Part shown: positions 47,876 through 58,079 of the stretch, one piece after another | Numbering within the stretch: the stretch's first letter is position 1 | Layout of the letters: the number at the start of each line of letters is the position of its first letter | Assembly (NCBI GenBank): GCA_964600575.1 | Contig: CAZRJH010000002.1 | Coordinates: 53,627-117,626, forward strand | Origin: an uncultured Gammaproteobacteria bacterium | Lineage (GTDB): Bacteria; Patescibacteriota; Microgenomatia; UBA8517 | Reading direction: 5' to 3' | Length of the DNA: 64,000 nt | Program-made: the position numbers and the translations under genes | The notes under the pieces: generated by a model | What the model was told of the DNA's origin: nothing | What the model saw: only the letters and a program-made list of their open reading frames with translations | Databases searched by the model: none

Positions 47876-49291
47876 TTACTTGGCAACGGATACTAACACG
47901 TCGCCTATGGCAAAATCAAGCTGTGGTTCGAGTATTACTCCAAACTCCTCACTCTGACCAACAGAAGAAATTTCTTGTTTTCCCTTGCGAACGGAGACAG
48001 CTTTAGCCTTGCCTACTTCTTTATCTCCTCTTGTAACTATGATCTGATCGCCTTTATTGATTCTTCCGTTTATCACTTTGGATCCGGCTACTTTTTTATT
48101 GTCGAAGGGGAAGATTGCCAATATTTCTGCTTTTCCTGTCTCTACAACCTTACCCCGTTTCATAATATCTTCGAGTTCTTTAAGAAGCTCATAGATAATA
48201 TCAAACTTGGATATTGTTATTTTTTCGGCCTCCGCCAACTTTATGATACTACCCGGTATTTTTAAACCAAACGAAAATACATAGGCATTACCTGTTTTGG
48301 CATTAATAATGTCAGATGAAGTTATTTCTCCCACACCGCTATCAACAACTACAACTTTATCGGGCAAAGACGCAATTATTGCCTCCAATGAACCTGCGTT
48401 GTCTGCTTTTAGAATTAAAGGAATTTCATCGTCTTTAAGACGTCTTAAATCGAAAATGCCTTTTGTCTTTACCTGTTCAACCGCTTCACTTTTTTGAGAG
48501 TTGTTGCCGATCTTGGAACCGACTTGTGGGACTTTTGTAAATCCAAATACCCTAGCCGGGAATCCAGGACCAACTTCTTTTATGTTAGATCCTTTGTCAT
48601 CTATCAAAGCCCTTACTTTTGCCTCGTCCTGATCAGCAAAAATTGTTGATCCCACCTTTATATTTCCGTTTCTTACGACAACTGTCGCAAATGAACCCAT
48701 ATTATCTTTTCCAGATTCAATGACAACCCCCTCTATCGGTGAGTTTGCATCTCCTTTTATTTCCGACACTTCGGCCATAAGAGTAAGCATGTCTATAATT
48801 TCATCTACACCCTGTCCGTTTCTGGCCGACACAGAAACAAAGGGGATGTCCCCGCCTCTACCTTCAAAATAAACCTCCTCTTTTTCAAGTTGTCCTTTAA
48901 GAGCTTCGGCACTCACACCCGCAACATCTGCTTTGGTTCCTGCAACAACAAACGGAATCCCAGCGTCTCTAATAATTTGCAATGCTTCTTTAGTTTGCGG
49001 AGCAACGCCATCATCCTGAGCTACAACCAAAACGGCAATATCTGCAACTTTGGCACCTCTTCCTCTCATTTTGGTAAAAGCCGCATGGCCCGGAGTATCT
49101 ATAAAAGTAATCTTTTTACCTTCTTTGGTTTCTATTACCGAGGCTCCAATTGCCTGAGTAATTCCTCCCGCTTCACGAGAAGCCACATTTGTTTTTCTTA
49201 ATGTGTCCAAAAGTGTTGTTTTTCCATGATCAACATGCCCCAAAACAACTACAATAGGGGGTCTTTGAGTAATTTCTTTTTTTGCTTCCAT
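47876..49291 (-). CDS. infB: Translation initiation factor IF-2 (no N-terminal domain)
   Basis: [20 protein letters not shown]; EAGGITQ; DTPGHAAF; KADNAGSLEA. Confidence 0.97.
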   Translation of the reverse strand: MEAKKEITQRPPIVVVLGHVDHGKTTLLDTLRKTNVASREAGGITQAIGASVIETKEGKKITFIDTPGHAAFTKMRGRGAKVADIAVLVVAQDDGVAPQTKEALQIIRDAGIPFVVAGTKADVAGVSAEALKGQLEKEEVYFEGRGGDIPFVSVSARNGQGVDEIIDMLTLMAEVSEIKGDANSPIEGVVIESGKDNMGSFATVVVRNGNIKVGSTIFADQDEAKVRALIDDKGSNIKEVGPGFPARVFGFTKVPQVGSKIGNNSQKSEAVEQVKTKGIFDLRRLKDDEIPLILKADNAGSLEAIIASLPDKVVVVDSGVGEITSSDIINAKTGNAYVFSFGLKIPGSIIKLAEAEKITISKFDIIYELLKELEDIMKRGKVVETGKAEILAIFPFDNKKVAGSKVINGRINKGDQIIVTRGDKEVGKAKAVSVRKGKQEISSVGQSEEFGVILEPQLDFAIGDVLVSVAK

Positions 49292-49357
49292 ATGTTTTTT
49301 CCAAAACGGAAGCCGGAGAATCTAATTTAGTTAGAAGAAGAATTGAAAGTTTTCATT

Positions 49358-50545
49358 TTATTTTTCTTCAACTGTATCCGCACTTCCACTATCCTCGGAT
49401 TTTTGATCCGACTGGGCATTTTCACTAACAGCTTCTTTTTTCTCGGCTTTTTCAAGTTCCGATTCGGCCACTTTTTCTTCTGCTTTTGGCTCCTCTTCTT
49501 TATCTTCTTTTGCATCCTCGTTAGCCGCAGGGCTTTGTCCGTTACTTTCTACTTCTATTCTGTAACCCGTAAGTTTGGCCGTAAGTCTAACATTTTGGCC
49601 GTCTTTACCGATAGCCATAGAGAGTTGATCTTCGGGAGCCTTTACTTTGGCAATTTTCTTATCGCTATCAAGACTTACTTCCAAATTTTCTGCCGGAGAA
49701 AGTGATGCTTTAATAAGCTCACTAAGATCGTCACTCCAAGAAATTACATCCACTCTTTCGCCGCCAATTTCGTTTGTTACAGCCTGCACTCTAACTCCTT
49801 TTTGGCCTACACAAGAACCAACCGGATCAACACCTGTTTGGCTGGAGAAAACCGCAATTTTGGTTCTGACACCCGATTCTCTGGCAATGGCTTTTATTTC
49901 GACAGATTTGGAAGAAATTTCCGGAACTTCTCTGGCAAAAAGTTTCTGAACAAAATCAGGATCGGCTCTGGAAAGAATAACTTCTCTTCCTCTTGGGGTT
50001 TCGGTTATAGATTTAATAAGGAATGAGAGTCTTTGATTAAGGTTTAATCTTTCGTTGGGAATTCTCTCATCAACAGGCATTATGGCCTCGGTTCTACCCA
50101 AGTCGACTCTAACATTGGGACCGTCAAATCTTAGAATAAGCCCGGAAACGAGTGATCCAACTCTTTCTTCGAATTCTTCCATAATTGCACCCTTTTCAGC
50201 TTCTCTGATTTTTTGGTGAATAACTTGTTTGGCAGTTTGGGCTGCGATTCTACCGAATCCGGGAGGGGTAACATCCTTTCTTTCTTTTTTGGCTTTGGAA
50301 ATATCCTCCGGCGTCGCATCTTCAGCAGGAAGGGGCCAAGCAAAGACTCTTGTTTCGCCGCTAACAGGGTCAATCACAGCTTCGTAGTCAAACGAGTCAA
50401 CATCCTGACCCATTTCTTTGGCATCACGCCTGTAAGCGGCGATGATTGCCTGTTGAATTGTTTCTAATATAACATCAGGATCCAAGCCTCTTTCGGAAGC
50501 TATTGCCTTTAATGCTTGTGAGAATTCTGTTCTTGGCGTATTCAT
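49358..50545 (-). CDS. nusA: Transcription factor NusA
   Basis: FGRIAAQTAKQ; DPVGSCVGQKGVR; AIGKDGQNVRL; acidic tail. Confidence 0.98.
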   Translation of the reverse strand: MNTPRTEFSQALKAIASERGLDPDVILETIQQAIIAAYRRDAKEMGQDVDSFDYEAVIDPVSGETRVFAWPLPAEDATPEDISKAKKERKDVTPPGFGRIAAQTAKQVIHQKIREAEKGAIMEEFEERVGSLVSGLILRFDGPNVRVDLGRTEAIMPVDERIPNERLNLNQRLSFLIKSITETPRGREVILSRADPDFVQKLFAREVPEISSKSVEIKAIARESGVRTKIAVFSSQTGVDPVGSCVGQKGVRVQAVTNEIGGERVDVISWSDDLSELIKASLSPAENLEVSLDSDKKIAKVKAPEDQLSMAIGKDGQNVRLTAKLTGYRIEVESNGQSPAANEDAKEDKEEEPKAEEKVAESELEKAEKKEAVSENAQSDQKSEDSGSADTVEEK

Positions 50546-50692
50546 ATTTTTATATTTCGCTTCAAGCTTTGCTTAAAGCTCATGCTCTCTCCGCTTTGCG
50601 GATCGCGTAAAAAAAATGGCGGGACCAAGCCCACCAAATCCCAAAATCTAAATCCGATGCTAATTTTATCCTAAACCAGCCTCTGAAGTCAA
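50546..50692 (-). promoter_or_regulatory. nusA promoter and rimP-leader-like attenuator
   Basis: TTGACT-18 nt-TAAAAT; TGGTGGG-CTTGGT-CCCGCCA followed by T8 (50636-50609). Confidence 0.75.
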
Positions 50693-50750
50693 CCCAGGTT
50701 CAAATCACAACTCGTTGAAAACAACGCAACAAAATGCCAAAATGGAATCT

Positions 50751-52946
50751 ATGAAGAGTGATCTTAAAAAAGCAATATTCGCTTTTATTGGAATAGCTCT
50801 TTTGGCTGCGGGAACGATATTTGGAGTTATAGCTACCCAAAATAAAGTAATTTTCACTCAAAAGGCCGCGCCCACAACTGCCGAGAGAATCGCAGAGATT
50901 GCCAAAAGCCTTGGTGAAAATCAAATCCAATATACGGAATCTTATTCATCTACAAACTTAGGTTATAGCTTAAATTTTAATAAAAATTATTGGAGCGCAG
51001 CCAAAGGAACAGACTTGGGAAATAGAGATCTTAAAAATTTAAGTTTCAATATGAACTCAGGAACAGGACTCGCCAAAGTTGACTTCCAAACCTTTGGAAG
51101 CGATGACTTGGCAAAAAAGATTACTTTGGGTAAAACAAAAGTTTCAGCCAATGCAGACAATCTTGATGCTTTAGCCTCGGGCATTGCAATGTCTAATCCC
51201 CCCACATCCAAACTGAGAATACGAAGAAACGGTAAAGATTATTACAAATTTACATACAACACCACATTTTTAAACCAAAGAATCACCTACTATACATATG
51301 TAACGATAAACGGAGCCAGTTACTATTCTTTTACAGCAAAATATCCTAGTTTTGGAGAAGGGTCTGCAATGGCCGAAAACTTTATAGATTCTTTTACATT
51401 TTTACCGGACAAAGCCGATGTAAAAGGTGCAAGCGCCACAGCTTTCCCCACATCCGCTTTGGATGAGTCAAAGATAGTTGAGTTGACAAAACCCTCTGTT
51501 GTAGAAATTGCTCACATTTACTGCAACAACATTAATATCAGCGACACCAGCGGACTTCGCTTTTTGAAACCAGCTTATAAATACTGCGATGGGGCACTCG
51601 GTAGCGGATTTGTAATCAACAAAGACGGTTTTATAGGTACCAACGGACATGTAGCCGTTCAATACCCGGATGCCTCACTTGTCCAAGGGCTTTTAGATCA
51701 AAACCCTTTAAGTGAAAGTTTCTTCATAGATCTTGTTAGGGAGCTTGTTCTTTTACAAAACGGTCAAGAAATTTCGGAAGATCAAGCTAAAGTCCTTCTC
51801 ACCCAGGCTTCAAGCGACCCAACATACTTTGAAGCGTTTGTGACTTTGGTTTATAAAATGATTCAGCAAAAAGTTATGGCAGTAAGTGTTGGTTCAGAAA
51901 AACACTTTGTAAAACTGGCAAACGACCCCATTGTTATAGACGGATCAAAAGCAAAGACCGATTTTATGTCGGTGATAACACCAAGTGAAACTGTTAAAGA
52001 AGCCAAACTCATTTCGTTTAACTATCCTAATCAATTATCAATGGAAACAGTACTTAACAACAAGAAAGAAACGGGGTCTGATGTCGCAATTATAAAAATC
52101 ACAGACCCTGGCAAGCTTGTTTTTCCCTCCGTTACCTTGGGAACTTCTGAAGGTTTAAAGGAAGGCTCGGAAGTAATTGTAATAGGCTATCCGGGACTCG
52201 TTTCCGGTAATTCATCGGATTCTTTGGTTAATAAAAAATCTTCCGCCACACCAACTGTTACCAAAGGAGTAATTTCTGCAATCAAAAACGATCAAGGGGG
52301 ATTAAAACTAATTCAAGTTGATGCATCAATTGATCATGGTAATAGCGGCGGTCCGGCATTTGACAACAAAGGTAACGTAATCGGTATTGCAACATATGGC
52401 ATTGGTAGTCAGAGCGGAAACTACAACTTTTTAAGAGATATCGAAGATCTTAAAAAACTTGCTACAGACAACTCTGTTGCAACGGACCCTTCTCCAACAT
52501 ACATAGCTTGGGCCGAAGGATTGGGATATTTTTGGAGAGAGCACTATAAACAAGCGGTGGCGCCATTTGACAAGGTTGAGGCAAGTTACCCGATTCACCC
52601 GCTTGCAGCAAATTATGTAACAGACTCCCAAGAGGCAATTAAAAAAGGTCAGGATAAAAGTGATTTTACTTTTCTTCTTACCCACGACAGCCGAACTCAA
52701 ATAATATTTGTGGGGTCGATATTTGGAGTTGTCGGGTTGGGGTTTGCTGTATTCACCATTATCAAAAAGCGAAAGGCATCAACATCAACACCCACCACGG
52801 TTAATCAAAATCAGCAGCAAATACAAACTGAACAAACACCGGCCCCTACTATGCAAACACAGGCGGTTTCGCAACAACCGATAGCGCCCACACAACCTGT
52901 TTATAATCCACCTGTAGAAAAGGCTCCGTACAAAAATACGGTTTAG
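50751..52946 (+). CDS. Membrane-anchored trypsin-like (S1C/HtrA-like, no PDZ) serine protease
   Basis: GSGFVI..DGFIGTNGHV (His), SDVAII (Asp), IDHGNSGGP (Ser); N- and C-terminal TMs; Q/P-rich tail. Start at ATG 50751 (track uses 50715). Confidence 0.9.
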   Translation: MKSDLKKAIFAFIGIALLAAGTIFGVIATQNKVIFTQKAAPTTAERIAEIAKSLGENQIQYTESYSSTNLGYSLNFNKNYWSAAKGTDLGNRDLKNLSFNMNSGTGLAKVDFQTFGSDDLAKKITLGKTKVSANADNLDALASGIAMSNPPTSKLRIRRNGKDYYKFTYNTTFLNQRITYYTYVTINGASYYSFTAKYPSFGEGSAMAENFIDSFTFLPDKADVKGASATAFPTSALDESKIVELTKPSVVEIAHIYCNNINISDTSGLRFLKPAYKYCDGALGSGFVINKDGFIGTNGHVAVQYPDASLVQGLLDQNPLSESFFIDLVRELVLLQNGQEISEDQAKVLLTQASSDPTYFEAFVTLVYKMIQQKVMAVSVGSEKHFVKLANDPIVIDGSKAKTDFMSVITPSETVKEAKLISFNYPNQLSMETVLNNKKETGSDVAIIKITDPGKLVFPSVTLGTSEGLKEGSEVIVIGYPGLVSGNSSDSLVNKKSSATPTVTKGVISAIKNDQGGLKLIQVDASIDHGNSGGPAFDNKGNVIGIATYGIGSQSGNYNFLRDIEDLKKLATDNSVATDPSPTYIAWAEGLGYFWREHYKQAVAPFDKVEASYPIHPLAANYVTDSQEAIKKGQDKSDFTFLLTHDSRTQIIFVGSIFGVVGLGFAVFTIIKKRKASTSTPTTVNQNQQQIQTEQTPAPTMQTQAVSQQPIAPTQPVYNPPVEKAPYKNTV

Positions 52947-52947
52947 T

Positions 52948-53823
52948 TTAAAGCCCTGAAGCCTCAAGATCTTCTATTAACTTTTTCTGATTTCTGTCCA
53001 ATTTCTCCGGAACCATAACATTGATTTTTATATACTGATCACCCTTTCCTCTTCCTTGCAAACGAGGTACACCATGTTCCCGAAGCCTCATGGTTGTTCC
53101 GGACTGAGTTCCTGCTCTCACTCTTATTTTTACATCACCATCAATTGTAGGAACTTTAATTTCTCCGCCAAGCACGGCCAAACTAAAAGGAACTGCAACC
53201 GCCACATAGACATCGTCATTCTGCCTTTCGAAGACATCGCTTGGTTTGACACTAACCGACAAGTTAAAGTCTCCAAAGTTTATTCTTGCGCCGTCGTATA
53301 TACCCGCAGGAATTTTTATCTTCCTTTTTTTGCCGTTTATTGAAACTTCTTTACTAACACCTTTGGCAGCTTCCATAAAATCTATTGTTATGGAATATCT
53401 AGGAACCTGACGTGCTCTTCCGCCAAACGGGCTTGCCCCCCCAAAAAAACTTTCGAAAATATCAAATGGATCACCAAATCCCCCTTCACCAAAAGGGTTT
53501 GCCCCACCTTGTGAATATGTGTAGGTGAACGGACCATACTGTCCGCCATTAGCTCCTCCAAAAGGATTTCCCCCTCTAAAACCTCCTCCGGGGGAGAAGG
53601 CATCGCTACCATATTGGTCGTAAGCTTGTTTCTTTTGGGGGTCCGACAAGACCTGATAAGCCTCGTTGATTTCTTTAAACTTTTTTTCTGCAGGAGCTTT
53701 GTTGTCTTTGTGCCTGTCCGGATGCCATTCCAAAGCCTGTTTTCTGTAAGCTTTTTTAATCTCATCTGCAGATGCGGTTTTATCCACACCCAAAGTTTTA
53801 TAGTAATCGGTGTTAGCAGCCAT
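52948..53823 (-). CDS. dnaJ: DnaJ, class B (no Zn finger)
   Basis: J-domain with HPD; G/F-rich region; C-terminal domain; no CxxCxGxG repeats. Confidence 0.93.
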   Translation of the reverse strand: MAANTDYYKTLGVDKTASADEIKKAYRKQALEWHPDRHKDNKAPAEKKFKEINEAYQVLSDPQKKQAYDQYGSDAFSPGGGFRGGNPFGGANGGQYGPFTYTYSQGGANPFGEGGFGDPFDIFESFFGGASPFGGRARQVPRYSITIDFMEAAKGVSKEVSINGKKRKIKIPAGIYDGARINFGDFNLSVSVKPSDVFERQNDDVYVAVAVPFSLAVLGGEIKVPTIDGDVKIRVRAGTQSGTTMRLREHGVPRLQGRGKGDQYIKINVMVPEKLDRNQKKLIEDLEASGL

Positions 53824-53839
53824 ATATTTATAGTGCTAA
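53813..53839. promoter_or_regulatory. CIRCE operator overlapping the dnaJ start codon
   Basis: TTAGCAGCC-N9-TAGTGCTAA versus consensus TTAGCACTC-N9-GAGTGCTAA; TATAAT immediately upstream on the minus strand. Confidence 0.8.
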
Positions 53840-53868
53840 TTATAGTATAAAAAATCTATTCTTTGAAG

Positions 53869-54153
53869 TTAGTTGCTTCTAATTTCCTTGGGCACAATGC
53901 TTGTCTTTTCGACAGCCTCTACAAGTCTATTGAATTTATTAAAAGCAGCTCTTGCTCCTACGACAGTGTCCAAAAGCTCCTCGACCAGCGCATTCTCATC
54001 CTCCGTGGTCATGTCTAAACCTTCTGTAATAGAGTCGTATTCTTCGTAGAACATATCCAAGGAAGTTTTTTCTTCCGGAGTAAGTTTATCTTCCGCAAAT
54101 TGATGGAAAATCATCTCGCGTCCTAAAGATTGCCAAAATTTTTCTTCGTTCAT
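53869..54153 (-). CDS. Small acidic hypothetical protein
   Basis: 94 aa, D/E-rich; similar to 54156-54419. Confidence 0.7.
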   Translation of the reverse strand: MNEEKFWQSLGREMIFHQFAEDKLTPEEKTSLDMFYEEYDSITEGLDMTTEDENALVEELLDTVVGARAAFNKFNRLVEAVEKTSIVPKEIRSN

Positions 54154-54155
54154 TG

Positions 54156-54419
54156 TTAAGATTGTGGTCTATTTAAAAGTCTGGCTAAATTAAAATCCGT
54201 CAATTGATCTAGAAGCTGATATGCTTCGTAAGCTCCCTCTACCTGTTCCATCGTCTGGTAATAAACACTTTCACCTTCTCTGGAGTGAGGCTCAACATCA
54301 CCTAGTGTATCAAGATAAATTTCCTGGTGCCTTTCTATTAAAAATCTTTGATGCTCGGTAAGAGTTAACTCGGCGGCACTTACTGCTATAACCATATCTT
54401 CCGCCAAGAATTCTTTCAT
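54156..54419 (-). CDS. Small acidic hypothetical protein
   Basis: 87 aa; TGA-TAGAAT 6 nt before ATG. Confidence 0.7.
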   Translation of the reverse strand: MKEFLAEDMVIAVSAAELTLTEHQRFLIERHQEIYLDTLGDVEPHSREGESVYYQTMEQVEGAYEAYQLLDQLTDFNLARLLNRPQS

Positions 54420-54474
54420 AGGGGTATTCTATCACTTCGGATACTTTCTAAAATGTCGATGGTATAATTTGAGT

Positions 54475-54816
54475 ATGGAACCGGAAGAACTAAGTGAAGT
54501 TCTAAAAGCCTCCAAGGGGTCTTTTAAAACCCAAAAGATGACACTTCAAAAGTCTGTTGATATGGGAGAATACAACCCGGACTACTTGTCCACTTTTCCG
54601 GAATGGCATGAGCTTAGTAAACATATTCAATTTCAGTTCATTCAAAATGCCATGGAAAACAGGAGGCACCAACTTCTTTCCCAATACGCATCAATTAGTA
54701 ATGTCCTCGACTTTAGACTTAAACCCGAACTTAAACAGACTTTGGAAAACATTCACAAGCAGCTTAAAAAAATTGATGACGACTTCGAAGAAATCTCTAT
54801 GGAGTATTTTAAATAA
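54475..54816 (+). CDS. Hypothetical helical protein
   Basis: TGG-TATAAT 6 nt before ATG 54475; converges on dnaK. Confidence 0.72.
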   Translation: MEPEELSEVLKASKGSFKTQKMTLQKSVDMGEYNPDYLSTFPEWHELSKHIQFQFIQNAMENRRHQLLSQYASISNVLDFRLKPELKQTLENIHKQLKKIDDDFEEISMEYFK

Positions 54817-54818
54817 AA

Positions 54819-56732
54819 TTAGCTAACAACCTCGCCCTCTTCTACTTTCTCGTTCTTTTTGTCACCATCTTCACTTGAAGCGTCCTCTTTAGATTCACCA
54901 GATGATTCCTGTCCCCCCTGCGATGAATCTTTAGAACCATACATAGCCTGGCCAACTTGGCTTAGGGTGTCACTTAAATCTTTTGTGACCTCTTCTATTT
55001 GTTCTTTAGTTGAGTCTTCCTTTGCGGAGATTTCTTTAACATTTTTAAGTTTTTCTTCTACTTTTTCTTTGACATCGGCCGGAACTTTGTCTCCTGCATC
55101 TTTTAGGGCCTTTTCTGCTGTTGCAACCATTCCGTCCGCACTATTTTTTGCTTTAATGATGTCCGCTTTCTTTTCGTCCTCTTCTTTGTGCTTCTCCGCT
55201 TCTTCCTGCATTCTTTTAATCTCGTCATCGGACAATCCCACAGCACCTGTAATCTTTATGTTCTGGGTTTTGTTGGTAGCTTTATCTTTTGCCGTAACTG
55301 TTAGTATTCCGCTTGCGTCCATATCAAAAATAACTTCTACTTGTGGAACTCCTCTGGGGGAAGGCGGAATACCATCTAGAATAAAGGTTCCCAATGTTTT
55401 ATTGTCGGCACTCATCGGGCGCTCACCTTGAGTAACAACGATCTGTACTTGCGTTTGATTGTCTGCAGCCGTTGAAAAGACCTCTGTTTTGCTTGTTGGA
55501 ACAGTTGTGTTTCTGGGAATCATTGGAGTTGCAACGCCACCCAAAGTTTCGATTGCTAAAGTTAGAGGAGTAACATCGAGTAAAAGTATATCTTTAACTT
55601 CGCCACCTAAAACTCCTCCTTGGATTGCCGCACCAACAGCTACTACTTCATCGGGGTTTACTGATTGGTTGGGATCCTTTCCAAAAAAGTTTTTTACTTT
55701 TTCTACGACTTTGGGCATACGGGTCATGCCTCCGACCATAACTACTTCATTAATATCGTGTGCATCAAGCTTGGCATCTTTAAGTGCGGCCTGGACAGGT
55801 TTGATTGTTTTTTCTATAAGCTCCTCAACCAGACTCTCCATTTTGGCGCGCGTAAGCTTCATCGTTAAATGAAGAGGTTGTCCGTCTTTTTGTGTAATAT
55901 ACGGTTGGTTAACTTCTACTTCGTTTGCTGCAGAAAGTTCGATCTTTGCCTTTTCTGCCGCATCTCTAACTCTTTGGTACGCTTGTGTATCGGCCTTAAG
56001 ATCCACACCATTTTCTTTTTTGAACTCGGAAACTATATAGTCAACAATTTTGGCATCAAAATCATCTCCACCTAGATGCGTATCTCCGTTTGTAGATTTG
56101 ACTTCAATAACACCGTCGCCAATTTCTAAAATCGAGATATCAAAAGTTCCTCCGCCAAGATCGTAAACCGCAATTTTTTCTGCATTCTTTTTATCTAAAC
56201 CATAAGCTAAAGCAGCTGCAGTTGGCTCGTTGATGATTCTTTCTACTTTTAGCCCTGCAATTTCTCCTGCTTGTTTTGTTGCCTGACGCTGCGCATCATC
56301 AAAATATGCAGGAACTGTAATAACTGCCTGTGTTACCTCTTCTCCAAGATATTTTTCGGCATCTTTTTTGAGTTTCATAAGAACTCTGGCACCAATTTCT
56401 TGAGGAGTATAGGTTTTACCCTCTACATCGATATCCGCCATTCCGCCCTTGCCGCTTATTATTTTGTAAGGAACCATATCAACGGTTCTTTTGACTTCGC
56501 CATCGGTAAACCTGCGACCCATAAGACGTTTTGCAGAATAAACAGTGTTTTTGGCGTTTAGAATCATTTGTCTCTTGGCAACATCCCCAACCAGGTTTTT
56601 GACAGGTTCGACAATAGAAGGGGTGGTGTTTCGCCCTGTATCGCCTGCAGATATAACCACGGGTCTTCCGCCTTCCATAACAGCAAGGCAAGAATTTGTT
56701 GTTCCTAAATCTATTCCAATAATTTTTCCCAT
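54819..56732 (-). CDS. dnaK: Chaperone DnaK
   Basis: [10 protein letters not shown]; TVPAYF; DLGGGTFD; [14 protein letters not shown]. Confidence 0.99.
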   Translation of the reverse strand: MGKIIGIDLGTTNSCLAVMEGGRPVVISAGDTGRNTTPSIVEPVKNLVGDVAKRQMILNAKNTVYSAKRLMGRRFTDGEVKRTVDMVPYKIISGKGGMADIDVEGKTYTPQEIGARVLMKLKKDAEKYLGEEVTQAVITVPAYFDDAQRQATKQAGEIAGLKVERIINEPTAAALAYGLDKKNAEKIAVYDLGGGTFDISILEIGDGVIEVKSTNGDTHLGGDDFDAKIVDYIVSEFKKENGVDLKADTQAYQRVRDAAEKAKIELSAANEVEVNQPYITQKDGQPLHLTMKLTRAKMESLVEELIEKTIKPVQAALKDAKLDAHDINEVVMVGGMTRMPKVVEKVKNFFGKDPNQSVNPDEVVAVGAAIQGGVLGGEVKDILLLDVTPLTLAIETLGGVATPMIPRNTTVPTSKTEVFSTAADNQTQVQIVVTQGERPMSADNKTLGTFILDGIPPSPRGVPQVEVIFDMDASGILTVTAKDKATNKTQNIKITGAVGLSDDEIKRMQEEAEKHKEEDEKKADIIKAKNSADGMVATAEKALKDAGDKVPADVKEKVEEKLKNVKEISAKEDSTKEQIEEVTKDLSDTLSQVGQAMYGSKDSSQGGQESSGESKEDASSEDGDKKNEKVEEGEVVS

Positions 56733-56740
56733 AATTTCTT

Positions 56741-57232
56741 TTAGTTGTTCATTTTAGACACTTTTACTTTGGCATGTCTAACAACCGTTCCGTCTTCGAA
56801 CTTCCACCCTTTCATGGCAACTTCCGAAACTTTAGCGGTACCCCCACTATTATCGCTCGACTCAGCTACCACTTCAATAACCTCCATATCGTTTTCGTCA
56901 AAGTCACTTCCTACACCGGGATTAATTTCTTTTAATCCTTCCTCCGTCATTACTCTTTTAAATTCTCCCAAGCTTATAGCCAAACCTTGATCATTTAAAT
57001 GGCTTTGAGCACTTTCCAGGCCATCATATACTGTCAAAAGTTTTAAAATAAGCCTCAAAGATACAACTTTTTCTACAGTTTGCCTGTCCCTTTCTACTCG
57101 TTTAACCAAGTTGTCGTAATCTGCAAGAGTTCTTGCAAGTTGCGACTTAAGTTCTAACAGTTGATTTTGCAAAAGACCGGATTCGTTATTTATCTCTACT
57201 TTGTCTTGTGCCGTTTTTTTTACTTTTGCCAT
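56741..57232 (-). CDS. grpE: Nucleotide exchange factor GrpE
   Basis: [12 protein letters not shown]; KGW...VVRHAKVKV. Confidence 0.95.
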   Translation of the reverse strand: MAKVKKTAQDKVEINNESGLLQNQLLELKSQLARTLADYDNLVKRVERDRQTVEKVVSLRLILKLLTVYDGLESAQSHLNDQGLAISLGEFKRVMTEEGLKEINPGVGSDFDENDMEVIEVVAESSDNSGGTAKVSEVAMKGWKFEDGTVVRHAKVKVSKMNN

Positions 57233-57261
57233 CTTATTTTATTTTATATACAAAACTCTGT

Positions 57262-58014
57262 CTATTGATTTGCAACTTCTTGAATTAAGTTTCCAAAATA
57301 TCTAAGTACAGGAATGACCGATGCATAGTTTGCCCTAGCAGGACCGATAACTCCAAGCGCTCCCGGTCTGCCGCGAACAGTAAAATGTGTGGAAACAATA
57401 CCTGTCGGCGCTAGTCCTGGAATGCCAAGTTCTTCTCCAAACAAAACCTCCAGAGGGGATGCTGATTGGAATCCAAAAAAAAGCCTATCAAGTTTGTCCA
57501 TCTCGTTCATTATCGAAAACAGATCTTGGCAAGCCTGAATATCGGAAAATTCAGGATTTTGAAAAACATAACTGTGCCCTGCTTGCCAAAATCTTTCTTT
57601 TTTACCCCTTTGAGCGGAAGGGTCTTTTAGAGCAGCAACCGCAAGCGATCTTGTTCTCGACGCTAATGCCTTGGTTGCCTCGTCCATCAATTCGTCAACA
57701 TCGTCTCTGGAATCCCAAACTTCTTCTTTTGCCTTAACTTCGTCGACTAAGCTCATTTGTTTTTCTTCCATAAGTTGATTGATGTAGAATTTCATTGCAG
57801 AAGGGGAAGGAATTCTACCTGCCGAAGTGTGGGGTTGCCTAAGATATCCCGAACGGGTGAGAGCAACCATTTCGTTTCTGATTGTTGCAGGTGAGATCCC
57901 TAAATTATATTTTTTATCAAGCGCTTCACTACCGACAGGTTCTGCTGTTTCTATATATTCATCAATAATAGTTTTAAGAATTTGTGTTTGTCTGGAAGTT
58001 AGTCCGTCTGTCAT
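57262..58014 (-). CDS. hrcA: Heat-inducible repressor HrcA (short form)
   Basis: EYIETAEPVGS; SPATIRNEM; QPHTSAGRIP; GVIGPAR. Start at ATG 58014. Confidence 0.96.
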   Translation of the reverse strand: MTDGLTSRQTQILKTIIDEYIETAEPVGSEALDKKYNLGISPATIRNEMVALTRSGYLRQPHTSAGRIPSPSAMKFYINQLMEEKQMSLVDEVKAKEEVWDSRDDVDELMDEATKALASRTRSLAVAALKDPSAQRGKKERFWQAGHSYVFQNPEFSDIQACQDLFSIMNEMDKLDRLFFGFQSASPLEVLFGEELGIPGLAPTGIVSTHFTVRGRPGALGVIGPARANYASVIPVLRYFGNLIQEVANQ

Positions 58015-58016
58015 AC

Positions 58017-58043
58017 TTAGCAGTATATTAAAGCGAGTGCTAA
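58017..58043. promoter_or_regulatory. CIRCE operator overlapping the hrcA promoter
   Basis: TTAGCAGTA-N9-GAGTGCTAA; TTGACA at 58053-58048 on the minus strand. Confidence 0.88.
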
Positions 58044-58079
58044 CGGTTGTCAAGTACTTATTTTAAGGCTAAAAATAGG

